A stretch of DNA of 64,000 nucleotides. It comes from Callorhinchus milii. Lineage: Eukaryota. The stretch is from contig NW_024704742.1 of NCBI RefSeq assembly GCF_018977255.1, positions 114,516,001-114,580,000 on the forward strand, read 5' to 3'. How positions within the stretch are numbered: the stretch's first letter is position 1; every line of letters begins with the position of its first letter. Below, one piece after another: positions 1 to 12,344 of this stretch. The notes below the pieces were generated by a model. The model was not told where the DNA came from. It was given only the letters and a program-made list of their open reading frames with translations, and searched no databases. The translations under genes were made by a program, and so were the position numbers.

Positions 1-1365
1 GCTGCTCAAGAGCACACCTGAAACCACTTCCCTGAACTGTCAGAATCAAAACTCTGCTTGAGGGCTCTCAAACCTCGAAATTCTAGCTCATGAGTAGCAG
101 TTAAAATCCATTCCAACAGGCTCCAATAATAATGTTTAATTGAAGCCTTAGGGCTTAGTCAATGAGCATTTAAAGAGTGAGACGTGTCATCGGGACTCTT
201 TTTAAAAATGAAACGGTTGCAATGCCTATTAATATTTACATCAGTTTTGATTTGCTTCAGCTATTTTTGCCTTGTTTGTTTGAATGAATTGTGAGTCCCA
301 TTGGTAACATTGGGCGATTGGTCTGAAATAGGTAACAATCCAAAGATGTGAAGTACAGTGGTTGAATTATATAACCATTGAACCAAGGATTCTTCAGGGC
401 CTTCTGTTGATCCAAGTGACAGTTTTACATTAGGTCAAACTGTGCCATTGTTCAGTGCTCTGAGATGCTACCCCAGGTGAAGGGTGCTATATAAATTGTA
501 AATGTTGTCATTGTTGTAGTACACCTGATGTCGTTTAAAGAATAGTATTCATGAAACTGACATACGACCAACGGGACACAACAAAATAAATGAATGTTAA
601 AGTTCAGCAAATTTTGTGTAACTCTTTGATTCTTCTTGCTTTTGTATTGGCCTCTTGTTTTGCAGATCCATTTTGCATATGTTTCTTGTTAATGCAAAAC
701 TCTTGTTTTTTTTGTTAAAATGTAAAGTATGATTTGTTTATAGGGATGCTGATTTTGGCACAGAGATTTAATGTCTGTTGTGTACTGTACTCTTGTGTGT
801 TTATGGATTTAAAAATGAGGAGAACCATTTCATTTAATATTCCTATGCCAGGCAATCCGATTACACTGTTACACTTACAAAGCATTGCTAAGAGCATTGA
901 GTGAAAGACACAGCTGCTTGTTGTGCTTCTGCTTTGAGATATAAACAGGCTGCAGAAATATTATTTTGGATGTTAATCGCATGGCCCTTTGGACATAATA
1001 ACAACAATAATTCTTGCATTTGATTTAGTGACACATTTATCATCTATCTGCCTTATATCGTCAAACTTTTTCAAAGTACTTTGCAGGATTTCAATGTAAA
1101 GTCTGGTGACTATTTATTTGTACATGAACACAGCAGCCAATTTATGCACACAAAGAGGCTTCAGGTTGTGAAATGTGAAATGCATCTCTCCAGCAGGGAA
1201 ATGTATGTATAATTTCTGCTTCAAGATAATCTCAGGTTAGACCAGGGGTTCTCATGAATCAGCATATCTGCACAGCACTCCCTGCAGGAGAGATACTTTA
1301 CTCTGAAACACTATCCAATATGAAGAACGCTATATAAATGTAAGTTGTTGTTGTTTACATCCTGA

Positions 1366-1521
1366 CAAGCTTTCTCTGTAAGAGATGCCGTTTCCACTGA
1401 AGTTTTCTGCTTGAGTGATTTTTCAATCCCACTATTTGGTGACCAAAGTATAAACATCAGTGGAAAACCTCTAGTTTTCAACTTGTTCATCCTCTTGAGG
1501 GAAATCATAAGATTCAATCTG
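1366..1521 (+). CDS. Possible upstream coding exon of the unidentified gene (5' boundary uncertain)
   Basis: Consensus donor CTG|gtaagt at 1521/1522 in phase 0. The frame is open from 1366 (...SGKPLVFNLFILLREIIRFNL) and would join the 1840 exon in frame. No strong acceptor is visible. Confidence 0.25.
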
Positions 1522-1839
1522 GTAAGTAGATATTGGTTAGGTGCTTTGTGTATTAAATACATTGATTGGAACCTGTAGTTTTCTTCAAGAGGCTTGAGTT
1601 GTACTGCATAAAATGTCTTAGTAACCTGCTGTGTAACTGTATTCAACTGTGAATAAATCAAAAATGATGGTGATAGACTGTAAGTTGTAGCTTGATGTTT
1701 TGATGGGAAGAGAGTCGGATGGGTATTCGGGAAGGTTTAGATCAAAGGCTGAAGAACCTTCTTTATCTGAATCTGTCTTGTAATCTTTGCAACAGTCCCA
1801 CGCATTTGATTACAATTACATCAATTTTATTTATTCTAG

Positions 1840-1968
1840 GGGCCCAATGAGGGATATATGGTAAAAGTTCATTTGACGTCTAGAAAAACAAAAAACAACT
1901 TTTTTGAGGACTCTCAGTGCCTTCCAAGTCTTCCAGGTCATGAATCAGAGGCATGTTCCGAGGGAGAG
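1840..1968 (+). CDS. Candidate internal coding exon, 129 bp, phase 0-0 (GPNEGYMVKVHLTSRKTKNNFFEDSQCLPSLPGHESEACSEGE); gene unidentified
   Basis: Acceptor ttttatttattctag|G, donor GAG|gtgaga, no stop codons, length divisible by 3, no repeat homology seen. Confidence 0.65.
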
Positions 1969-3799
1969 GTGAGAATAAATGACAAACAATTTATAATTTG
2001 TTTAAAGTTATTTGTAGGTTGCTTTGTGTACAACATATTTAAGTTGCCAACTTTGTAACTAAGTGAATGAATTATGAACTCCATTCTACAATGAATTTGT
2101 CAGCGTAGTTCTGTTTTTTCCCTCTCATAGTTCGGAAAACATATGAAACATTCAGGTTTACTCATGATTACTGACATAGTTTTTTTTAAATACAGTATGT
2201 TTTCTTCATTCAGAAGAATTGCTCTACTAACACGGAATAAATGGAGGCCATTACCTCTTCTATAGCCTTAAGTATAAAAGAATTCCAGAAACATGATCAA
2301 ATTAAACACTTTATTAAGAGATGCGGCACACAACTGAAAAGATAATCTGTTTCTGGAACAAACTTAGCACTGTATTCAAAACTGTAGAAATATCAAGAAA
2401 CATGCTCCTGTTATATAAATGTAAAGAAAAAATCATAGAATTTTACAGCACAGAATGAGGCAAATTGGCCCATAAAGTCTGCTCTGGCTTTGAGAGCAAG
2501 GTGTTCGTCTAGTCCCACTGTCCTCACTCCTCTTCAATTCATGATGCCTCTAAATGGCCTTCAACTTGAGCTTGTGTGAAAAATGTTTTTTTAACTTCTA
2601 GCACAAGGTTTCTGGATTCTTAATCAGGGCTATCATAGTTGCTGCTGTATACAGAAATACGATGCGTCTTAACTAGCCATAAGACTTAGCGCTCTATTTG
2701 TTCATTGTTAAAAATTGAGGAGGATGAGACTTCTGGAAACATGTGAGGTGAAGTAGGTCATGTGTCAGATGTATGATATACATGAAGGCTTATAGATAGG
2801 AGATGAGTTACCTCATGGTAAACTTTTGTTGTGTTGGTTATTATATATATGTCTATGTATATTTTATATCCACACATACGGCTGTTTTTTATTTTCAGCA
2901 GGGCCTTCAAGGTTCAGCCACTGTAGGACATCATTCTTTAAAAATTAATTGTTGCCAACAGAATAACTGTATTTCTGTATCTTTAGATTTCTTACTAAAG
3001 TTGCATTGCTCTACAATTCAGTTGCTTAAAAATCCTTCCTAAATGAAAAATGTAAAAACTTCTATCACAAACCAAACACATCAATAAACATAAAAAAAGC
3101 TTTGTCCATATAATTGAAGGACTTAGTTTTTCTGCCAAATTGGAAGTTCCCCATTACTGCTGTAAGCAGTTCCACCCCTGCCTCCTAACAGATTCATATT
3201 CTTGGTGCTATTAGCATTGTCTAGACCTTGTATTCACACAGTATAATGCTGGCTGCCTTGTCCAGTCAATATTTAAGCATCCTTAGTAGAACTGAGAATT
3301 GGAGTCATAATTGAAACATGTCAGTGGATGCCCTTTTTAAGGCTGGTATACATATAAAGGAATATTTGCTCAGGTATCAATTACATAGTGTGTCCTCAAT
3401 AAAATTAATGAGTGCGAGAAGATTTTTGCCTGCCGTGTGGTTGTTCCTATAAAGAGAATTCTATTGTATACTTTCTAACAGGTAGTTTCATTCATCATTA
3501 CATACTTTATTTAACTGAATGTCATTAGTTGAAGCCACTTATTGCTTTTTTAATCATCAGTCTCCAAATAGATCCAGATTATTTGACATTTTATTTACGG
3601 GAGTTTCTTCCAAAAATCCGTCAGATACAATTAATCATACAATTCATGGCTGATTGTGGAACTTTGCTGTGCGGAAATTGACTGCTGCATTTGCCAACAA
3701 ATACACAGTCACGCCACTTCACAGCAAATCCTGTGAAGGATTTTGAAGTGTCTTGATGATATGAAAGGGAGCTATATCAAATGCCAGAATTTTAAAATA

Positions 3800-5440
3800 T
3801 ATACAGATTACTATAGACAGAGAGGAAGTTCTGAAAAGATTGACTGGGCTCAAAATTGATGAGTCACCAGGACCAGATGGGTTTCACCCAAGGTTGCTGT
3901 GGGAGATATGGGTTCAAATAGCGGAGGCTTTGGCCATTATATTTCAATCTTCATTGGGCACAGGAGTGGTGTTAAGAGACTGGAGAGTGGCTAATGTTAC
4001 CCCCCTCTACAAAAAGGGGCAGAAAGACAAACCCGGAAATTACAGGCCAGTCAGTCTAACTTCAGTAATAGGAAAACTACTGGAGACCATAATCCGGGAC
4101 AGAATAAATCTCTACTTAGAGGAACATAAGGTAATTAGAGACAGCCAACATGGATTTGTTAAAGGCAAATCTTGCCTAACAAATCTAATAGAATTTTTTG
4201 AAGAGGTGACTGCGAGGGTTGATGAGGGAAATGCGGTGGACGTTATTTACATGGATTTCAAAAAGGCTTTTGACACAGTACCGCATAAGAGATTAATACA
4301 AAAATTAGAGGCCCACAGTATTAAGGGGACAGTGGCAGTTTGGATTAAGAACTGGCTGAGTGACAGAAAGCAGAGGGTGGTGGTTAATGGGGGTTTCTTG
4401 AAATGGAAGGAGGTGTGCAGCGGTGTCCCCCAGGGATCGGTATTGGGACCACTGCTCTTTCTAATATATATTAATGATCTGGACTTGGGCATAGAGAGCA
4501 CTATTTCCAAGTTTGCAGATGATACAAAGTTAGGTAGGGTAGTAAATAGTGAGGAGGACTGTAACCAACTGCAAGCAGACATACACAGAATGGTGGAATG
4601 GGCTGACATGTGGCAGATGGATTTCAATGTGGATAAGTGTGAGGTGATACACTTAGGTAGGAAAAATGATAGGAGGCAATATAGACTTGGTAGCTCAATC
4701 TTAAGGGGGGTGAACGTACAGAGAGATCTGGGTGTTCAAGTAAGCGAATCATTAAAGGTAGCGGGGCAGGTAGATAAGGCAGTAAAAAAGGCATTTGGTG
4801 TACTGAGCTTTATTAGTAGGGGCATAGAGTATAAGAGTAGGGAGGTTATGGTTAATCTATACAAAACACTGGTTAGGCCTCAGCTGGAGTACTGCGTCCA
4901 GTTCTGGGCACCTTACTTCAGGAAGGACATTAAGGCACTGGAAAGGGTGCAGAGGAGATTCACGAGAATGATACCAGGAATGGGGAACCTTAGCTATGAG
5001 GACAGGCTGGAGAAGTTAGGACTTTTCCCATTAGAGCAGAGAAGATTACGTGGGGACCTGATAGAGGTCTTCAAGATCATGAAAGGTTTCGACAGGCTCG
5101 ATAAGGAAAAGCTGTTTCCGCTGGTAGGTGTGTCTGTGACCCGTGGTCACAGTCTTAAGATATCTACCAAAAGAAGCAGAGGGGAGGTTAGAAGAATTTT
5201 TTTCACTCAGCGAGTTGTTCGAATTTGGAATGATCTGCCTGAAAGGGTAGTGAAGTCCGATTCGATAACAGCTTTTAAGAGAGAACTGGATAGATATCTG
5301 GGGAAGACGGGTTTGCAGGGTTATGGGGAGAAAGCTGGTGATTGGGGTTAGTGAAAGTGACTTGCTCTGTCAAAGAGCCGGCACAGACTCGATGGGCCGA
5401 ATGGCCTCCTTCTGTGCCATAACATTCTATGAATCTATGA
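3800..5440 (+). mobile_element. CR1 LINE, 5'-truncated and young, with an uninterrupted ORF2 reverse transcriptase/C-terminal region (3840-5351)
   Basis: 503-aa ORF with CR1 RT motifs SPGPDG, NYRPVSLTS, QHGF, DFKKAFD, GVPQGSVLGP, FADD, LEYCVQFW and RRLRGDLIE. The 3' UTR ends in a ttctatga-type repeat. No endonuclease domain or ORF1. Confidence 0.97.
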
Positions 5441-6535
5441 ATATCTTGAAAGCGAAAGTCACCGAGGAACACTTGAAGGAATTTTGATCATATGCATTCA
5501 GTGACTGTCCCATTCAGTTATGTATAGGATCTACTTCAAATAGATTCTTCACAAAATATGCTTTCATTCCACTTTATATCACAGTATATCTTGTGAACTG
5601 CTTTGAGATGCCCTCCTGACTTGCAAGGCGCTATATCAAACGTAAATATTATTTATTATTATATCTGTTCTGTTCCATTTTTTGCAACAATCTTGCCTGT
5701 TAGTTGGTCAATTGGAGATTTCAGGTTCCTGTAAGTACTCCTTCCTATTCACCATTTTTGATAGATTACAACAACTAACATATATAATCCTTGGATTTGA
5801 TAGAGCGCCTTATTACACAGTGAGACATTGCAAAGCGTTTCATAGGATATACTGTAAAGGGGATTGACTGTGTATTTTGTGAGTGATTGGCGCCTTTCAC
5901 CTAAAATAAATGTCTTGAAGCATACTACGGAATGAGATTAATTAGAAATGAAGTGAATGCAGCAATGGAGGCAACTGCAGCAGCTAAATTTGATTCAGTT
6001 CATCCTCTGTATCCTGTTGTTGCCAACTCCTGGTTTTGATTTTCTTTGAATGTCATGAAAAGTTTCCAAGTGACTGATAATTCATGACAGCTGCGTACGC
6101 CATTTTCTGATGTTGCACTGTTCCCAGAGGTATGAAATTTGCCCTGAGCTTAGAAATGGTACTCAATGCAACCAACTTGTGGGGAAGGAACCTGCTGAGC
6201 TTTCCTGCTTGAAGCCTGACCTCACTGACAGTCGGCTGTTTGAAAAGTTTAATTTCTGCACCAGTAATCATCTGATAGAAACAAAAAGCATAGCGGCAAA
6301 AATTGCTAATATAGTCCGAATATCAGAATGATATCAGGCTTTTTAAGAGGAAAGGCTCAGCAGAGCCTTCTTAGTAACTCACTTCTTAGTAATGGATGTC
6401 ATGAAACTGGTGTCACTGAATTAAATGGAGGATCACTTCAGTCAGAAAAGTTTTTTAAAGGTGAAGAATTTATATAATATATGTATAATTCTTGCATTTG
6501 ATATAGTGCCTTATCACATCTTCTAGACATCTCAA

Positions 6536-7505
6536 CAACAACAACAAATTACATTATATAGCGCCTTTCACATCAAGAGGACTTTCCAAAGAGCTGGGCA
6601 ATCATGGATCTGCACCTGAGCTGATGGTTGGGATCAGAAGGGGTGGAGGGCAGTGGGGGGGGTAGGAGTAGGAGGGTGACTGAAGGTACAGTTAAAGAGG
6701 AGGGTCTTGGGACAGGTTTTGAAGGAGGCAAGGGAGGGGGCAAGGCAGAGGGACTGTGAGATGAAGTTCCAGAGGTGGGGGCAGAGAGACTGAAGGCCCG
6801 ACTGCCAATGGTGGTGCGGGCAAGGCAGGGGATGTGAATTAGGTCAGAGCCCACTGAGCAGAAGAAACGGACAGGTTGGTAAGGGGTTAGAAGGTCACAG
6901 AGGTAGGGAGGAGCAAGGCCATGGAGGGCTTTGAAGGTGAGGACCAGATTCTTGAACTGTATCCTCTGAGTGATGGGGAGCTAGTGGACTAGGCTGAGGA
7001 TAGCTTTGATACGGTCACAGAGGCTGGTGTGGGAGAGGACATAGGCTGCAGAGTTCTGGATGATCTGTGGCCTGTGGAGGAAGGAGTTGGGGAGGCCGAC
7101 AAGCAGGGAGTTTGCATAATCGAGTCTGGATGTGATGAACACATGGATAAGGGCCTTGACACTCTGTGTTGTGAGACAGTGGCGAAGCAATGTTGCAGAG
7201 GTGGGAAAGGCGGAGCGGGTAATGGCATGGATGTGGGATATGAAGGACAGTTGAGGGTCGAACAGGACACCGAGGTTCCGTATTGGCTCCGTGACGTGTA
7301 GAGTGCACCCATTAAGGGTGATGCTATCAGCGCCCGAGGTATGGAGGCAATGCGGGAGCCAAACAGGAGGGTCTCGGTCTTGTTGACATTGAACAGGAGA
7401 AAGTTAGCTCTCATAGAGGACTTGATATCCAAGAGGAAGAGTTGGGTGTTATCCGCATACACGTGGAAGTTGACCGCATGTCTGCGCATGATGTGATCAA
7501 GCGGA
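6536..7505 (-). mobile_element. L2-clade LINE 3' fragment, decayed, inserted in a SINE tail
   Basis: Frameshifted peptides FHVYADNTQL, LLFNVNKTETL and LIHVFITSRLDYANSLLVGLP; (GTT)n 3' tail; ctcaa duplicated at 6531-6535 and 7506-7510. Confidence 0.9.
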
Positions 7506-7667
7506 CTCAAAGCGCTTTGCAAAATATACTGTGAAGTGAATTGACTGTATATTTTGTGTATATTTTCTCCCTCCCTCTCTCCTTCCCTCCCTCCCTCTCT
7601 GCATTTTATGGTAAGCAGACTTTACTTGGCAAAATATTTGCCCATACTTTGATTTATCATTTAACAG

Positions 7668-7754
7668 AAATTTGTTTTTTCTTCACATCCTCCAATCCAT
7701 GAGTTTAGCAATTATTCAGCACTTCCAGTGGAGTACCGAAAATATGCAGACATT
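7668..7754 (+). CDS. Candidate internal coding exon, 87 bp, phase 0-0 (KFVFSSHPPIHEFSNYSALPVEYRKYADI); gene unidentified
   Basis: Acceptor tttatcatttaacag|A, donor ATT|gtatgc, open frame, phase-compatible with the 1840-1968 exon. Confidence 0.6.
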
Positions 7755-9003
7755 GTATGCTTGCTTATCCAACAGTGAATAGATATGCCTTACTAAGAGA
7801 TTGGATTGTCTTGCTTTGTCCAACTGATTCCCTCATTTCTCTTGTCTTATTACGGTTATCTATGCCAGTCATCTCACCGTGTCCCACAGAGAGAGCCAGG
7901 AGGCACACGGATCATAAATTTACATTACATTTTACAAATGTGCTTGGCCTTTGGGCCAGCCTGTCATCTCTTGCTGGTGTTACAGCTTCTGATAATGCTG
8001 ACATGCTATCTGTGTCTGAATGAGTCTTAAGAGAGCAGATAGTGAATCAGGCTGTATCCAGTCCTGGGTATCATCTATTTTGGCAGTACCATGATAGGTG
8101 GTGAGTGGCCTTGTATTCCAAGCATGGATTGCCAACCTCCTGAAGCCAAATCTGGAATTAAATAACTTTAAGTCCTTTGGACAGAAGTTTTTCTCAAGCA
8201 AAGGATGATTCTTTTGGCACTGGCTTACCAGGTATATCTAATTTGTTTTTATTTCCTTATTGAATACTTTTGACATCATTCAATCTTATAAATTATTTTA
8301 TTTGCCAATATAAGGAATAACTAGATATTGGAAGACCATTATAGCTGTGCAGTGCTTTGCACTTGCTAAAGGTTACACCTAGCAGCTTCGCTCTATAGCT
8401 AGAGTTATGATTGCTTAGATGTAACGGCAACCGACTCTCCAATCTCATGGCAAAGAAGTAAATGGCATTTCTGACCGCTACTTGGTCTGTGCCAAAGTAG
8501 TTGTTTTTTGATATCCAGATTTGGCTGCGTCATTATATCAATTCAACAATATCAATCAAACAGTTTACTTGAACTGACAGCTCATCGACCATTGAAAATA
8601 TCCATATTATTTTGAGTTCAGACCAAGTGAGTAATATTAGAGCTGGAGAGTTAACAGTGCTTACTAAACAGCTAGTTAGGTGCCACTGGTTTAATGCAAG
8701 GAAAAGATGAGAGACAGTATTTCCAAAAAGTGAAGATCTTTTGGTAGAAAGGAGAGAACTGCTTATCAAAGAGAACTGCTTACCAAAGCATAGGGAAACC
8801 ATATTCCAAAAGCAAGCGCTGCTTCAAACTGCTTGACTCTCAGACAGGGTGGGATTATGGAATGTAGACACAAAGGAACAGGAGAAGACCATCAAGCCTG
8901 TTCCAACATTTTATGGAAGCATAGCAGGTGGTTTATTCCCATTTTGCTGCTTTTTTGTTTATTTCTCATTATTCATAATGTCACAAGTAATGATAATAAT
9001 GAT

Positions 9004-9363
9004 CATTGCATTTGAAATAGTGCCTACTTTACTATATTGTCAGGAGGACGTACCTGAGCACTTCAGAGGATTTACTGTAAAGTGTAGTGACGGTGTATTT
9101 TCTCGGCAAATGCAGCAGCCAATATGTGCACACAACATGATAATAAAAGCCATGAAGAACATGACCAATTTTATCTGGGAGATTATTGGACAGGACAATG
9201 GGAGGAACTCTCTTCTCCTTTCAAAATTAACCACGGGATTGTTAACATCCATATGAGTTTAACGTCTCATCTGAATGACAGCTCCCTTCAGCCTGTTGCT
9301 CGCAACATGGGGCTTGAACCCTGACCTTCTGTCTCAGAGGCAAGAATTCTATCCACTGAGACA
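9004..9363 (-). mobile_element. Deu-domain SINE (SacSINE1/AmnSINE-like)
   Basis: The minus strand carries the gatgagacgttaaac...ggatgtta...ttgtcctg Deu-type core, the attggctgc block and an L2-like tail. Confidence 0.75.
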
Positions 9364-9374
9364 GATTGAACACT

Positions 9375-9640
9375 TACAAGTATCTTACCTATCTCATTAT
9401 TGTGCAACTCAATTCTGCTTCTACAGTCTTCTGGGATGATGCATTCCACATTCTCACAATCCTTTTGGTGAAGGAATGTCTTCTGATTTCTTTTGTAATC
9501 GGCTTAGCTGTAATTTTAAGATTATATCCCCATGTTTTGGACAATCTACCAGAGGGAAGACTCATCCCCTTGTCTAGCTTGTCAATTAACTTATTAATTT
9601 TAAACATCTCATTCAGATCATCCCTTAACTGCTCAGTTCT
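9375..9640 (-). mobile_element. Old CR1 3' fragment
   Basis: Peptide FKINKLIDKLD...RRHSFTKRIVRMWNA matches the CR1 ORF2 C-terminus. Confidence 0.75.
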
Positions 9641-10109
9641 AGGGAATATAATATAATTTACTTAGACGTTTATTGTGCCTAAATATGGACAAATGTGTTT
9701 GCAACATTGGGCCCAATCCTATTGTCCCTTCTCTTGAGATGGAAAAAAAAGTAATTATTCTAGAAAATGAAGAAATGTTTGACTTTGTTGAATTGATCCA
9801 AGATCAGAGGTTGGAGTAAGGTTAGCCACAAAAAATGCAACATCACATCAAAAGCTTCAGCTCAGAGAAGCTGCTGACCCTGTTCTTGGAATTATCAAGT
9901 CCTGACTGAGTAACCAGTTACTCTGCTGCACAAGCCATTTCAGTATAGCTCAACAGATGTTTCCAAATCTATGTTGGAAATCAACAAATATTGAGGGACA
10001 TGCAATGCCTGTGCAATATGCTGATGACTTTAACTATGTACCTTATAATGGGGGTAAAAAACATTGTAAATGTACATCATTTACAATGTTTTTTACACTG
10101 CCCCCAACA

Positions 10110-10325
10110 CAGAATCCTGTAGCTTAGTGGTTCTAGCACTCGCCTCACAAGCGAGAGGATCTGGGTTTGATTCCCGGGCACAGCGAAACATTGCGCAAGT
10201 TTCCTTACTCCACACTCCTCTGTTTACCCAGCAGTAAGTAGGAATCCAGTTGTTAGTCGATTGGCGGATCACTTTTCCAGGGGNTAATAATCCCTCCAAA
10301 AAAATAAAATTTGGTCACTTAATCT
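10110..10325 (+). mobile_element. tRNA-headed SINE family A, long form, 3'-truncated
   Basis: tcctgtagcttagtgg A-box, ggtttgattccc B-box, then the caagtttccttactccacac...tgtttacccagcagtaagtagg body. Confidence 0.85.
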
Positions 10326-12344
10326 ACAGCTGTGTCTATTTACAAGATGGGATCAAATTCATGCTACTAATTGTGTGAGCTAATGAAGACTTCAGGAACT
10401 AGCTATTTGGTTGCTATTTGGGTTCAGAGTAAATTGGTTGAATTGTGATGCTCTGTTGCACAGTGCAGTGAAGAAAAAGAACAATGCTCATGGTGTCCTG
10501 AAAATATATTAAGGACACCCTCAATATTTCTATATCCTGGCACACAAAGTGAAATCAGCTCAGAAAGTTGTTTCCATGGTAGGTAGATCAGCATCCAAAG
10601 AGAAAGTAATAGAGTAATAATTAGATTTTTGCCTTGTATGTCTAAACATCATAAAGTGTTTGACAAAGTTAGTTCACTGTGCAGTTATGCAGGCAGTCAC
10701 AGCAATCAATCTATGCCAGTAATGTCACAGAAACAATAATAAGATTGTAGCCAATTAAAATAAGATTTTAGTGGGTAAATTTGGGCGAGGAAACAATATT
10801 GGCTTGGGCACCATAAATTTGCATCTTTAGAGAAATAAAAGGAAATTACAACATTTGAAAGCTGTAAACGAAAGAAAAGTATGAGAGTGGGAAAAAATAT
10901 AATATGTGAGCAGTGGAAATCCTCTGATTTAGCCAAGGTTTAGTCAGTGATCCACTTATCTTTAAGTAAAATAATCTTTGATTTGTTTTGAGAAGTAAAT
11001 ATATGTAAAGTTTATATGTAAAGTCTGTTTTGTTTTCAACAACATGTTGCTGTTTTCATAGCCATGACCACTTCATAATTAAACTTAAGTTGTTCGAATT
11101 CAGCAAGTGATAAAATATAATAACATGATAAACTGCAAAAACTGCTAATAAAATATAAAAAAGAATAAAAATGCTAAAAATATACTTCAACTATTTCTGA
11201 AAAGCGATGACACAGTATTAGTAATGACTGAAGCAATTGGATTTGGACAATAAATCCAGTGTAAACCCCCTGGTCAAAAATGTATTTAGCATCAAACCAG
11301 TATCATTATTGGGCTATCCAGTTTGTAACCATTATAAATCTGTTCCATGCTGTTATCTGTAACGCTTTCCAGTTGTAATCAAATGAGAAGTATCTACGCA
11401 TGAAGAAATGGAAGAGTTGGTTAGTAGAAATGGAAAACGCAAAATATTTGGATATGATTATTGATCATACACTGAAGGGTTATGGACAATGTTATCAACA
11501 CAGTTTATCAAATTCCAGTTTGGATCTCAAGAGTATTTTGTTCAATGTCAAAATGGGTTATTCTAGCTTTGAATTGATCATGGTGTTGACATGATGCCTG
11601 CAGTTTGGGGCATCCTACCTTCAAAAAGATATTGATGCATTGGAGAGGAGTGAAGAGGAACAAATATGAAGCTGGGTGTTTGAGCTCTTAGTTCTGAGTA
11701 GACCCTTTTGGAGTTGAACCTGTTTTAACTAAAAATATGATTGGAGTTGCGTAGAGTTGCTGTAATGTTACAACACAGAAAACAGACCATTCGACCCAAC
11801 TAGTCCATGCCGGTGTTTATACTCCACATGAGGCCCACTCTTCCTATTTACCCTCTATTTCCTCATGAATGCAGATGTAAAATGGCTATTTTTGGGGGAC
11901 TAAGATTAAAATGAGGCCAAAGATTTGTAAACTACCAGTGGATTAAGAGCAGATGTAACATATTCCCAAGAAATCAGTTTGCACTGTGTTGATTAACTTC
12001 TTCAAAGAAAATAGAAAATTATCTGTTTTGCAACAGTATCGGAAGGTTAGAAGCATTAGTGCAAACTGAAATGAACAAATACTCCTTGGGCTATAATGAT
12101 TTTGGTGCTGTTGGGGCCAGGAAAAGGGGTGTGGGAAGCTGACAATGGTTTAAAAGTAGAGATGTGGAGATGAAGCTATATTCTGGGGTTTTAGCTTGAT
12201 TATATTTGGTGACCAGGAAGTAGTTAGATTGAACTTTCACCCGCAGAGCAAATGGGTGGACTCCAGGGTAGTTTGGTTTGTGAAAGAAGCAAGCTTGGTG
12301 GGCCAAAGGTTTTTCTGGTTCCATTCCTTCTTTCTGCAGGTTTT

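Noticed and set aside
4247..4627. Antisense ORFs over LINEs and the many 60-130 aa ORF-track entries
   Set aside because: They are shadow frames of RT sequence or chance ORFs in SINEs and AT-rich DNA, with no recognisable domains.
3840..5351. RT ORF as a retron, group II intron, DGR or other novel RT system
   Set aside because: The motifs, C-terminus and ttctatga tail are standard CR1 ORF2, and decayed relatives occur throughout the window.
8519..8626. 108-bp exon candidate (tatccag|ATT ... CAA|gtgagt) with an in-frame TGA, considered as a selenocysteine or terminal exon
   Set aside because: All three frames contain stops, and I see no SECIS or homology evidence, so it cannot be supported.
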